Counted from the first letter of the stretch, positions 50,204 to 64,000 are shown. The stretch: DNA of 64,000 bases from Antedon mediterranea (GCF_964355755.1 NC_092673.1:5890001-5954000); one strand, 5' to 3'. Made by a program: numbers and translations. Notes: generated from the letters alone by a model not told the origin.

Positions 50204-52989
50204 ATGGCAACAAAGGAAGAATTTGTAGACTTTCTTTCAAATTTAAATGATAAATATAAAGGTGAGTATTGTTTGTGGCTAAGACTTCTGCTAAATGACC
50301 ACTGCTCTGGAATGGTATTAAGTAAAGAAAATGTACCAGCACTTGAATGGTTTAATGAACTTCAAAGCAAAGGTTATATTCATTATAACCCTACTGATGT
50401 AGACATTTTGTTAGAGATTGCTAAAGTTACTGAGATGAAGGAAGCGGTAGATTTAATAGAACAATTTAAAGTAAAGCATCCAAACAACAATGAAGAGTAC
50501 AACTTTACAAAGGGAAAACCAATAACAGAATATCGCAAAAGACTATTCACAGCTTTAAGAGAAAATACAACAAATGTATCAACCATGCTTGCCCACTACA
50601 GCCTAGGTCATCTTAAGTTCAACACTATTTGGGATTTTGTATTCGTCCTGGAGAGGGATACACTTCTGGTGGATGAAAAGAAGTCAATGGAACGATTTGC
50701 AAAGATTCTCGATAAAAAAGCTAGAGACACTTTTTTGGAGATAAAAAAAATGAAGACAAGACTAAACGCCATTGCTGATGAAGTATCCAGAGAAGAGGAA
50801 GAGAACAAGAATGTATTGCCGGTAGAATATGTTTCAGGTAATTACCATGCATATGATTTGCATGCACAGTTCTTTCCTAAATGTAAATTATTCCTCAGTA
50901 AAGTAATCATGTATATAAAATATTGATATGGGATATTGAGATTTTAGGCTAAACTGGCTGGTGCCACTTTAATAGATTGAAAAAGATCAGCTGCAAACGA
51001 GGCTTAACATAGTAATAGATACTTTTGTAAAGCCAAGTACCTGAAAATATAGGTTCACTGCATGAAAAAGTCAATTATTTCTTATAAACAATAACATTAA
51101 TTTATAGTTTCATTTTCTATACTTTAGAGAAAACTGGCAGACAAGCTACAACAAGTACTGTATCAATCGAACCACTTAAATCTGAAACAAAGGTATATAC
51201 TGTAATAATAATATAGTTTAAAACAATAATATATTAAATTCAAATTTTTGTCTTACATTGATAACTTTGATAATGATGATTAATGTATTATGTTTTACAG
51301 TTGTTTGTTGACAAAAAAAGTCTGGAGTGCTTAATCAAATCAAAAGATTCACTAAACTGTCCACATCACCCAGATAAAAAACTGAAGGAGCATTGCCTAA
51401 CATGTAATCTTACTGCATGTGAAGATTGCAAACATATTCTCAGTTGTTATAGAAATAAACATGAGGTGATTCAACTGCAGACAGCTCTAAAAGCAAGATT
51501 AGATAGTATCACTAAAGAAAAATCAGACTTTGAAGCTAATTTTGAGTTATGCAAAACAAAGATTGAATTTCAAAAGATTAACATTATCAGAAAGGTGGAG
51601 GAAGGAACGCAGATAATAATTGAAAATCTTACACAGATTTATAAAGACCAAAAAGAAGTTATTGAGAGTCAAGTTAAAATTATTGAATCACAGCTAGAGC
51701 AAGTAAACTCCATAAACATAATCAGTAAAACGAGGAATGAAACACAAGAAAAAGAAATTCTTGCATCATACAAGACAACTAACGATTCTGCAGATGAATT
51801 AGATAAACCATTTACTAAAACGAGAATACAGTTCATTCCATCTGCAAATATGGATGACTTATTGAATCATGAAGGTGTTGGTAAACTTGTCACTGTTAGT
51901 GGTGTACACAAGGTTAATAAAGACGATGAGAACATTTCAGTTACATTAGAACAACCATTTTGTGTAAGAGTATCAAGTCTAGCAGAGAGTAATGTTGGTC
52001 AACTAACAGCCACACTAAGCAACTCATTAGGTGAGAAAGCAGTCATTGAATTAGCTCACAGTAAGGGAGAGCACATGATAACAGGTAGATGCAATTTGGA
52101 AGGAGATTGGCAGATGGATATCACTGATGGAGCTATGTCACATGTCATAGGTTCACCAGTAAGTATCAAGGTGGAACCACTTGGACTTGTACATACTATA
52201 GATAACATATCAAAGTATAAAGAACATGCCAAAACACACAAAGTGGCAGATGTAGTATTAGATACTGATGGATGTATACTAGTATCCAGCAAAAGTAAAG
52301 ATATAATAAAGTTTGATCAATCAGGTTCTTTTGTTTCTAGAATACAAATACCACAAAATGTTAAAGTCAATCGAATGCATCAAATAAGCAATCACATGGT
52401 GTATAGTGATAAAACAGAAAAATGTGTTGTAATGTGCAACCATTATCATGAAATCCAAACTTTTGGTAAAGGAGTATTAAAATATCCAAATGGCTTAGCA
52501 GTAAACCAAAAGACCAGGATCTTATATGTAGCAGATCGTGACTGTCACTGTGTGTTTAAATTCAATATTGATGATGGTAAACTATTGGGTCAGATAGGTT
52601 CTAAAGGTAGTAAAGCAGGTCAAATGAATAATCCACAGGATGTTGCTGTAACAAAGGAGGGTCATGTAATTGTTGTTGATGGTAAAGATAGCAAAATACA
52701 AATGTTTGGTGCTAATGATAAGCTGATAAAGATCCTTGTAGACTCCGATGAAGAAGATGGTAAAGTTTACTGGCCTTGTGGTATAACTGTAGATATGGAT
52801 GGAAATATAATAGTATCAAGTAATCATAAACTACAACTATTTGATCAAAATGGTACATTCATTAAACGAATAGATGATAAAGATGATGGGTTGAATGTTC
52901 CATTAGGGATTGCTGTAATCTCAGAAAGACCAAGAAGAGTTGCAGTGGCAAACTTTAAAGCAAACAATATAAAAATATTTAATTATTAA
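50204..52989 (+). CDS. Gene 4: tandem-DED + TRIM-NHL protein lacking RING and B-box1, about 795 aa, 3 coding exons
   Basis: Exons are 50201-50837 (ATG at 50204, donor G|gtaatt), 51128-51192 and 51301-52989, totalling 2388 nt in frame. B-box2 reads CPHHPDKKLKEHCLTCNLTACEDC..H, and the NHL repeats are intact. Confidence 0.8.
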
Positions 52990-54689
52990 AAAGCTAAAAA
53001 CATACAAACAAATCATAACCTGTACAGTATGCTTTCAACAAATTTAGTTAAATGTCTATAGTGTGAAAGCACAAATTATCTGAACTGAAGCATACAAGAA
53101 TTATCTTTTTTTTATAGTAAACTTACTCTATGTACATTTTATATTCTGTTGTTATATAATTATTATTGCTTCTGATTTCTAGCGAGAAATGTATTTCAGA
53201 TGTTTTACATGACTACTAAAATCTGTATTGTATGTTGTTAAAGACAAGGTAAAATTATATACAACTGTAAAGCTATATGTCTAAATGTCTTAAATGTTTA
53301 ATGTCTTATTAATATGCATAGTAAGGAGATTCTCATAAACTAAAAGTCAATGAGTTGATTCAATACTCATTCAGTTAATTACACAGTATTTATGATCATT
53401 TATATTTTTTAAATTTCAGTTGATTTTTTAAAAAATTTGTTTTCATTGTGAAATAATATATCAGCTGTATTAAATTCAACCTGGTACCATGTAATCAAAT
53501 TAAACAAAAACTTGACACTAATAATATAATAATAAGTTTAGCAATTGCCAAAATATTGTCAAGATTATTTTAATCATTTTGACTTGCATTTCAATATGAC
53601 TGTATTTTGTAGAACGCTTTTTGTTACATTTTATTACATTATAAAACAATCAGGTGAATTGTTTCAACAAGGTACCACAATGTACAAAAACACTGGTAAA
53701 AGGAAAAGGTTTAGCAATTTAGCCAATATATAATTGTGTTTATCTTTGATAATGATTTATAAATTTTACTTACAGTTTTCATATAATCTTGATGGAATAT
53801 GTTGTCATACTGTTAACTAGCATGCTACATGGTGCTACAATTGGAGCATAAATAAAAAAGGAAACATGAAAGTGGCCTATATTAGGCCTATATTATATTT
53901 TTTCAAGTAATAAAGGCAAAAGTTTACATAGAAATGTAAAAACGGATTATCTAACCTTGTATATAAGATCACAATAAGATTTATAATAGAAATATATAAC
54001 ATATTTAAACTTGTTTATCTCAGTAGATCAATTTTAATATGCCAGAATCTGATACAACATAATGCATGGATTTACCAAGCCAAGCTCTCTATCTTAATGC
54101 TATATCATCAGATATACACATGTTTTATTAGCTGCTTTGATGTTTTTGGTTGCAACTATTTTTCGATGCTAATTTATTATAATTATTTGTGTGTGTTGAA
54201 AGCAATAAATTGATTGATGTATTATATTTTCTTATTTTTTTTAATGTATTTTTAAATAATTAATGGGGGCATGAGATTACTATACCTTCATCCAGTTCGG
54301 GATTTATGTTCGAAATAATTCAGTTCTAACATAAACTAATGGATAAAAGGGAATTAAAAGGTGCTGGTATCAGACGTGCGGTTTAGGAGGAGATAGAGGA
54401 ACAAATTTTGGCTTAGTGCTATTATATTATAGATATTTAATTCTTAAACTGTGAATTCATTTGGATTCATTTAAAAAAGCGAAGTATCTTCTTTTAAGCC
54501 CTTATTAAGACTTTGATTTGGGTGTTTATAGCATCCTTTTGAGGTTTTCCAACCAGCGAAGACCTAGCCTAGCTAACACAGAACATACTCCATCAAGCCA
54601 GCATCTACAGAGGTCTATGCGGCCTAGGATGAAGCTTACCATTGTAGACGTGTTAAACACATTTAATAACTGGAGGGAAGACACTTTTG

Positions 54690-57600
54690 TACAACCATCA
54701 TGTGAATATGTTACAAAACTGCTCTACGGTAAACTATGTATCTACATGGAGTAAAGAATAATTCTTATTTTTTACTCCATGGTATCTATATAAATATAAG
54801 GTAGCTTAATATGTTCAACCCAAGCAAGAAGAGCAGACAGCAAACTGACCACTATCAGAAATGTTCAAATGGTTTTCACAATATTGGCATTATGCTGAAG
54901 ATTTACCTTATGACAACATAACTTGGCTCAAAGATTATTTGGCAAACATCTCAGATTCTATCAATTCAGTGATTACACCTATTGTTGTAAATGAAGTAGT
55001 ATTTCCAGTCATATTGTTAAATCTGTGAAAAAACAAACGAAATGGGTTGATTAGTGGAGAAAAACAAAACACATTGCAAAGTAAGTATTACAATAATTTT
55101 TGTTATATTTGAGAATGGTAATAAGAAATGTTTCCAGAAATGCACTGTTAAAATGAGTTGGTACTGTAGTATACCTGTAGGCCTACCCATGGACTGACAA
55201 GGGAAAAACACCGAAGAAACCATGACACTCATACATATCCAGGTACCACACAAGATCTCTGCAAATGAATATTACATTTGTTTGCATAAAATAGAACAGA
55301 TTTAAAATGTAAACAAAATTCTTGGTATATAAGGCTAAAATAATGCTCTTTTATGCTGAAGCACACATTGGTACATTGATAAATTAGTACTGTATAGACA
55401 TAAAATTTAAAAAAATATTACAACAATTGAAAAGAAAAACAATTAGTTAGCTAGTAATATAGCTCAGATAAGAACATTGGGATAGTGTCCTAAATCCTAA
55501 AAGATAAAATATTACAGATTGATTTAAAAAAAGCATATTACATTTTGTTTCTGTATTACTATGGCTTGTCATACTTTATAAAGAAAGTTTGCGTGACAAG
55601 TTCTATTAAAGTCCAGAGTTCACAACATTTATATCTATTATATCAAGACAATGTATTGTATTCAAGTTTTATGACACAGAAACCATTGTTAATGATACTT
55701 ATATTTATTGATGAGTAATATTCTATTTTGCGGGGAGTCAAAATTCCATGTCCTATATTTATATTTATTGTACCACTCATACTTCTAAATACTGTGATTT
55801 ATTTTCGCTAGATTATAGGAAGAACTAAATCTATCGCATCTTCTATTACAATACGTTTCAGTTTAATCCAACAAAAAGATATAAAAGTAAGTGGTAATCC
55901 TATTTTAATAATAGAATTTGTCTTGTTGCTGTAGTTGTACTTGTAGTGTATAAGCTGTAAATAAAAACCTTAGAATGAAGAAATTTGCTTTAAAATAATA
56001 TTAAAAAAATAATAGACTAATAATATGTTGTAGAAGATTGATGTAAAAAAAATTTAACACATTAAAAGAAATCAACATATAAAAAAATGCAATTTGAATT
56101 TTGAACTGGTAGAGATCATATTGATTTAAAAATGTAGGCCTTATTAATTACTGTACCTGTATTAAAATATTTATATTATTAACTTTTTAAACTTTTTAAA
56201 TTCTCATAATACACCAACAATTGATGACTTGTAAAAATTTCATGAACAATACCATAATATATAATAGGTAATACTCAATCTAAGTATTATTGTAGCTATG
56301 AATGATTATGTGTGTACGTTTTTTAGAAATGACAACAAAACAAGAATTTGTAAAATTTCTTGCATGCTTAAGTGATAAATATGAAGGTGAGAAACGCTTG
56401 TGGCTAAGACTTCTGCTGAATGACCACTGCTCTGGAGAGGTTTTAAGTAGAGAAGATGTCCCAGCACTTGAATGGTTTAATGAACTTGAAAGCAAAGGTT
56501 ATATTCAGAATAACCCTACTGATGTAGAAATTCTGTTGGACATTACTAAAGTAACTGAAATGAAGGAAGCGATAGATTTAATCAAAGAGTTTAAACTGAA
56601 GCATCCAAACAACAATGAAGAGTACAACTTCACCAAGGGAAAACCAATAACAGAATATCGCAAAAGACTCTTCATGGCTTTAAGAGAAAATACTACAAAA
56701 GTATCAAACATGCTTGCCTATTACAGCCTTGGTCATCACAAGTTCAATACTATTTGGGATTTCGTATTCATCCTGGAGAGGGATAAACTTCTGGTGGATG
56801 AAGAGAAGCCAACAGAACGTTTTGCAAAACTTCTCGATAAAAAAGCAAGTGACTTGTTTTTGGGTAGGCCTACAGAAATTAGGAAAGTGAAGAGAAAAGT
56901 TAGCAATCTTGCTAGAAAAACAACTGGAAAAGTGGAAAAGACCAGGATTATGAGTGATGGTAAGTATTATATTTAAAAATAACAAGTTCTATAAACAATT
57001 CACTGCAAGCAATAAATAGATCTTTGAATATTGTATGTTGCAGTACAATCTATATAATTTTAATTTGTTAATGTAAACTATTTTAGAGTGCATATTTAGT
57101 CTATAATGTACTTCATCACATGATAAAGTCATAAATATGGCTTTGATAGTGTTGTATGCAATTTATCATATTTGGATGACACAATAACAAATTTTATAAT
57201 ATCCGTGATTTGCATATACAGTATCACATTGCTGTAAATTATTATTAGACCCTTATTTTTTTTTTTAGTGTTTTGATGATTATAGTTTGTTGCGTGTTAA
57301 ATTATCCCATTGCTTTGGTTTTCAAAAAACCATCTGTGTATATTTATTACTATATGGTTTAGTGAGCAAATAATGGTAAAGGTTTATTTTAAGCATTTTG
57401 TAGTTTCCCATGCATACAATGTTTTTTAGCACATTGCATATGCAAAATAAAAAACAACAGTTAAAAAAAAGGTAACAACTAGTTTATCTTTTTATTATTC
57501 CTATTACTCATTACAAAATAGAAAATTATTTTATCATATTTGTTTTGATACGCATTTTAACACCGTGTGGTAAGTATCCAACTAATATTTACACAAGTCT

Positions 57601-57872
57601 TCATAAGCCAATTTATACTGTACATAAGCAAATTTGCTTTAAAAATACAGAAAGAATCTATTTTGAAGTAGACAAAGTAGGGCTGTTCAGAATTGCATTG
57701 TAAAAATATTTTGATGGAAGTTTTACATTTATAGGCCTAACATGTAATGGAAGTTTTATTTTTATTTGCAATCTATATATAAATAATAACAACCCAATTA
57801 ATCTTTACAAGTAAGAATTTGTTTCAAATGAGGTCTTTTGACGCAACTTAATCAACAAAGAGTGCCACCAAA

Positions 57873-57903
<31 letters not shown>

Positions 57904-60202
57904 TATAACTTAATAAAGTGTTCTGCTGTCCATTTATTTTAGTAAATATTCATAGTTTCACTTATCATTTCTTTAGGCCAAACTGACAGACAAACTAAAA
58001 GTAGGCCTACTACTGCACCAGTAGTACTCAACGCTGACAGAAAGGTAAAATACCAAAGACTATGAGAGACATAGTACATCTTTAGATAATAAATGTGTTG
58101 ATAGGCAGCTGTTAATAATAATAAAAAAAGATGTATTAGAATTTAAAATAGATGTCTTAGAAGAAGCACATACACTGAAAAAATTAAATAAATTGTGTTA
58201 TATTTTACAGAAAACAGTATTTGACAGAGATTTGGAATGTCAACAAAGATTCACAAATACAAAAGCAACAAGTGGTAATCTACAAAATGATGAAAACAAA
58301 ATGGAAAGTAATAATGATCAACATGTTTGTAAAATTAGATCGGAAATACCAGACTCCTACTTAAATGATAATCAAGCGCAATATCATTGTACTGAGTGTG
58401 AAAGGTATCAGTGTGAGCAATGTATCCAACAACTTATTGATTTGTCTGCACTGAATTGCACATCAGATGCAAATGTAGATGGAAGAAGTTCACAAAAATG
58501 TTCAGTTCATACTGACAAAAAATTGGACTATTACTGCCTTACTTGTAAACTTATGGTATGTGAGGATTGCAAACATAATCATATTGATAGAAGTGATCAT
58601 AAGATGATACCAATAGAAACAGCTCTGAATGACATTAATCAAACTGTTAATAAAACTATAAAGATAGCTGAAGACGTTAAAGAAAAGCTAAATGAAAGAT
58701 TAGATGTTATCAGTAAAGAAAGATCAGAGCTTGAATCTAATTTTGAGTTAAGCAGAACATCGATTGAAACTCATAAGAATGAAATTATCAGAAAGGTGGA
58801 TGAGGAATCGAAGGTTATGATGGAAAAGCTTACACAGACTTATGAAAAACAAAGAGAAGTTATTGATATTCATATTAAAAGTATTGAATCAAAACTGACA
58901 CAAGTGAGCTCATTGATGGAATCTATCAATAAAATGATGAATAAACCACAAGAAACAGAAACTGTTACATCATACATGACAACTATCACTGATGTTGGGA
59001 ATAATGTTTTAGCAGATAAATCATTTACTGAAACAAGAATTGCACCAAAGTTTGTTCCGTCTCAAAGGCTGAGTGCGTTGATGAAACATGAAAGTGTTGG
59101 TAAACTTATGATTGTCAAGGTTAATAAAGAAGATTGGAACATTTCAGTCACAAAAGGACAGCCATTTAGTGTTAGAGTATCAAGTCTAGCAGAGAGTGAT
59201 GTTGGACAATTAACAACCACACTAACCAACTCATCAGGTGAGAAATCTCAGATTAAAGTAACACACAGAAAGGGAGGATACACAATAACAGGAATATGTG
59301 ATTTGGAAGGAGATTGGCACATGGATATCACTGATGGAGCTAAGTCACATGTCATAGGTTCACCAGTGAGTATCAAGGTGGAACCACTTGGACTTGTACA
59401 TACCACAAACATCATATCAGAGTATAAAGAACATGATAAAGAAGATAATGTAACAGATGTAGTATTAGATACTGATGGATGTATGTTAGTGTCAAGCTAC
59501 AGTAAAGACTTAATAAAGTTTGATCAATCAGGTGGCTTTGTTTCTAAAATACAAATACCACAAAATGTAAGTGTCAATTGCATGCATCAAATAGGCAATG
59601 ATCACATGGTGTATAGTGACACAATAGAAAAATGTGTTGTAATGTGTGATAATCAATATCATGAAATCAAAACCTTTGGTAAAGGAGTATTGCAATGTCC
59701 AGAAGGACTGACAGTAAACAAAAAAAGCAGGATCTTATATGTAACAGATCGTGAATGTCACTGTGTGTTTAAATACAATATTGATGATGGTAGACTATTG
59801 GGTCAGATTGGTCCTAAAGGTAGTAAAGCAGGTCAGATGAAACAACCATCAGATGTTGCAGTAACAAAGGATGGTTATTTGATTGTTGCCGATTTTGAAA
59901 ATGACATAATACAAATGTTTGATGATAATGATAAGCTGATAAAGATCCTTGTAAGCTCTGGTAAAAGAGGTGGTAAAGTCTTTTGTCCTCAGGGTATAAC
60001 TATAGATATGGATGGGAACATAATAGTATCCAGTAATCATAAGCTACAACTATTTGATCAAAATGGTAAATTCATTAAACGAATAGATAACAGAGTTGAT
60101 GGGTTGGATGTTCCATGTGGGATTGCTGTAATCTCCAAAAGACCACGAAGAGTGGCAGTTGCAAACCATGAAGCAAATAATGTAAAAATATTTAATTATT
60201 AA
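54690..60202 (+). repeat. Segmental duplication of about 5.5 kb, paralogous to window positions 1-5471
   Basis: Upstream sequence, exons and introns align colinearly. Similarity ends after the stop codon. Confidence 0.9.
56329..60202 (+). CDS. Gene 5: tandem-DED + RING-less TRIM-NHL protein, about 896 aa; closest paralogue of gene 1
   Basis: Exons are 56329-56959, 57977-58044 and 58211-60202. Exon lengths (631, 68 and 1992 nt) and phases are the same as in gene 1. Confidence 0.8.
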
Positions 60203-63200
60203 ATTATATAATAATATACATGATATCCGCTCTGCTTTATGTCATGACTCATTTTTGTTAGTATTCAGCATAGCTGTCATACTGTAGCTAGTAGTATTAA
60301 ACAAATAAAGTGTAAAGCATTGTATATAGGCAGAGATGGAATGTGTTGCTGATGATAACAGAATGAAGATTTGAGGACAGAAATAAGAAAAAAACTGTCA
60401 GCACTATATGAATGCCTTTACTTGAAACATGCTACGTTTAGTCATTTGAACATAGTAGTAAAAAAATGTATACAATTTGCCAAAATTTCAGATAAGGAAA
60501 TAGAGCTAATTAAGTTAAAAGTTATACTGTATTATTAGTGTAATAACATTTCCTAACACAAATTAAACTATATTTGTATTAACTGTGTTTGCTGCTTTAA
60601 TTATGAAATAAACACTTCACTACTGCTGTATTGTATCTTACATTTTGTTTTAATTCAATTCAGAGATTTTAAATTCACAAGCAGAGATTACAATAATTGC
60701 ACACAGTAAAAAAACACATTAATATAAATATTCAGAAAAAAGAAAATAAAAATGAACAATGTAAATGATAATATATTTACAATTTTCATTATGACTTATG
60801 TTACATAAAGGCTTCAAATCTCTGCAGAGCTTGCAATGGAACTGGACAATCTTATACCCTTTTTTCACTATTGACTGGGAGAGGAACATGAGTTGAACTC
60901 GGAGGCAATTTCCGCGGAATGAACTCGAGTTGCACCCATTTACCCTACATTGATCCCCCAGTGTATTAATGTCAATCAAATCAGTACTGTGAGCGCACAC
61001 GTGGAACTTAACTGACTATGGTTTAAACTCTGGAACATATCGACAAATTTCATATGAAAACATAATATAGCTGATTTTACACACAATTTATTTAATTATG
61101 AATGTAGTCCAGTGTTAATTTTTCATTTTGGCTATTAAGATTATCATTGAATTATTGTTTTAAACATTAACAATTCGTTTTCTTTTAAATTAAAACAACT
61201 ATTTCCTCCTTGTAGTAATCTATATTGTTTAAAATATGTTTGTTCAGTATACAGTATCTGTTTCAGTAATTTGTATAGAAATTTTGTTCATAGAGACTTT
61301 TTGGGTGTCCTCTTACTAACTGGGGGTAATTCATTATACACATAGAGAAAAAGGCCTGGCACAGTGAATATTGGAAGTCTCCACCTACCACCAAATCAAA
61401 TTTAATAATTTCATAGAAAAAAAGCTTTTGAGGAGAGTCAATTATGGGATATGTTCGATTACAAGAAACAGGTTCAACTGAGTTGCTGCAATGAGCTAAG
61501 CTTGCTTGTGGGATGGGTCTTTGGTTGGTACTTTGTTTTTTAAAACATTTATAGATAGCTGGTGGTAGAATTGGGAGATGTTGGTAGAAATGGGAGCGGC
61601 CACGTCCACTGGATCCGCCCAAGACAAGAAAATGTGTAAAGGTAGAATATAATATTAAATATGAAGTTTTTTACAAAAACATAGCACAGAAATAACAATA
61701 AAAAAGACACTGCTGTAGCTATACACACAGGTTTTTGGTCAAAATAACACTAATATAGTATAAAAGACAAATATTTTGTGCTTAAATATTGCAGTAAAAT
61801 TAAGAATGGACGGAAAATGTACAGTTTTTATTTCAAATGCAATAACGTACATATAAAGATAAATATAAAACTGAACGAATAAAAGAATGGTTTGAAATTA
61901 TAGTTACTGTGGAATTAAGAATGGACGGAAATGTTATTTTAAAATGCAGTACTGGCTAAGAAACAAGGTGAACATGATATGCATAAATATTGAAAGTTAA
62001 TTAATATTATAAGTTAATTAATATTAAAAGTTAATTATATTCAAGTTTATTATTATATTAAAGTTAATTGTGATATTTTTGTACTTAAGTAGAAAAAAGA
62101 CAATATTTATAAAATGTGTATGAAATAAAATTAAACATCAAATTGAGCACACAAACTTGTTGTAACTAAATGCAATTGAAATCTTAACCATTTAAACATG
62201 AGTAATAAATACATCTACAACTTTCCCAAAATCAGAAACCTTTGACAAAACAAGACTGGCCCAAAATGTTTTGGTTTTTCACAAATCTGAATCCAATTTT
62301 TTTTTTAAAGTACAGAAATAATTTAAAACTTCTGGTTTCTACCTTTTGGAAGTCCAACATTGGGAGAATTGAGAATGATATCAATCGTTTTTATGATAAT
62401 TATGTTATAAAACAACTTCTAATATAAATGTATAATATACATATTTGTATGTGTACAGATATTTGTTAGTAAAAATACATAAACTCTGGTATTGCCAAAA
62501 TGCATTTGTTAAATTATAACATTAAAAATGTTTTCCTTAATAAAAAATAATATATATTTTACACAAAACTATTGATAATACGTATAATAATCATAACGTA
62601 TAAAACAACATATATTTCAGATGAATAAAACACAACTTTTTTATAAAATGATGTTAATATATAACACAAGAAAATGGTTGATAAATTAAAGGTCAACTCT
62701 GGGTGGTAATTGTTTTTTTTATATACAAATGATAATGTATTATATATGATCAGCGACCAGAATAAAGAAATTGTAAAAATTTTCTCCTAATGCTTAAAGA
62801 TGTATTGTCCCCTAAAAACATGAAAAATGAAGATTAATAAAATCAGATTTTAAATAGGCCATTTTGCAGTTTTAATAAAGTTATTCACAAAAAAACAACA
62901 AAAATATTTATTTCACTTAAAAGAAGACAAAATAAACAGTTAATTTTAACCAAAAACTCATTGTCTGACAGACAATTCTAGTATTTTTTTGAGGAAAATT
63001 TAATTTTTTTGATCCAGTTTTTGATTGCAGTGAATAAATATTGTGTGACATTAAAATGGCATATTCAACAAAAGATTTAAACAAATTATTTTTTCAGGGT
63101 GACAATATATCTTTAAACCCAGAGTTGATCTTCAGGAAAATGATGTTATTATGTTTGTTAGAAATAATTTGAATGACATAATAACAATGAAAACAAAAAA

Positions 63201-63229
63201 TAAATGTATAAAATGATGATTTGACGTGA

Positions 63230-63361
63230 TCATAATGTTGTGCGTTGTTTTGAAATAATATATGATGTTGACTCATCAATAGGTGTTTGTTGTTCCTCTT
63301 CGTGATTCAAGAGAGACGCAATCGCTGCTAAGTTTTGCTGATGTATCAGGTTACCTGATGT
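63230..63361 (-). CDS. Possible last coding exon of a convergent neighbouring gene (product unknown)
   Basis: The minus-strand acceptor ttcattttcttcacag is followed by 43 open codons (TSGNLIHQQNLAAIASLLNHEEEQQTPIDESTSYIISKQRTTL) and TGA, then long AT-rich UTR-like sequence. Confidence 0.35.
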   Translation of the reverse strand, partial: TSGNLIHQQNLAAIASLLNHEEEQQTPIDESTSYIISKQRTTL

Positions 63362-64000
63362 CTGTGAAGAAAATGAAATATACAATTTCAAAAATCTGTA
63401 AAATAGTGAAGACTACAGTGTGCATGGACTAGAAAATTCCAGATTTACATAAATGATGCATAACCATCATTGTAATAACCTTGGTTTATAGGCATTACGA
63501 TAATTAACAAGGCATGCTTGTGGTAGTTTGTGTTAGAGAAGACACGTTTCTATGAGCACATCTTGCCTATAGCTCATTAACGCAGCTAACGTTTCTAATG
63601 CGGTGAAATCTTTTGTATAGCGGTGGGATACTTTGGAGATGCTCCCTTGTTTTGGTTGTATTCACTCAAAGAAACAGACAAAATGTAATTGTACTGGTAT
63701 GTAATCTGTTTAGATATTTTAGCAAACCATATTACAAAATGATGCTTGCTAAAGAAGACTCGGAATTTAGAAGCAGAAACAGTCAATTCAATTTTCTTGC
63801 AAGAAATGTGTATGTAAAGTATGTAATAGTGGAAATATTGATTTCATTTGATTTTGAATAAGCCGTTTATACTCAAATGAGATGGATACCTTCCACACCA
63901 TATCACAAACTTGTTCTACATAATTTCATTATTTAAATCCACAGACAAAAACACAATAGTACCACTCTTAAGATATGTTGTATCTACAATTGTATATAAT

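Noticed and set aside
61590-61622. ctggatccgccc resembling one TIR of a GGGCGGATCCAG-type MITE
   Set aside because: No matching second end or TSD was found.

Overview
AT-rich eukaryotic genomic DNA with spliceosomal GT-AG introns, most likely from an invertebrate animal (the taxon cannot be fixed from sequence alone), so the TTG/GTG starts in the ORF track are not real starts. The window holds a plus-strand tandem cluster of five paralogous TRIM-NHL loci. Four are intact and one is a pseudogene. In the four intact genes, splice sites and intron phases join an exon encoding a caspase-8/FLIP-like tandem death-effector-domain (DED) pair, through a short Thr/Pro-rich linker exon, to a single large TRIM exon (RING and/or B-box, coiled coil, filamin-like, NHL propeller). 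One copy (27787-36269) has 7 exons and adds a second DED pair plus two TRADD-N-like domains. The paralogues have lost different RING/B-box modules, vary most at the presumed ligand face of the NHL propeller, and look mosaic, which suggests a diversifying family of innate-immune sensors coupled to death-fold signalling. That function is inference. Between the genes lie many transposons: a full-length Gypsy element (1342-bp LTRs, GTAA TSD, tRNA-Leu PBS), a Helitron-like remnant with C76-like and OTU protease domains, several LINE fragments, non-autonomous DNA transposons, a Penelope-derived inverted repeat and satellites. All domain calls were made by eye from motifs, not by database search.
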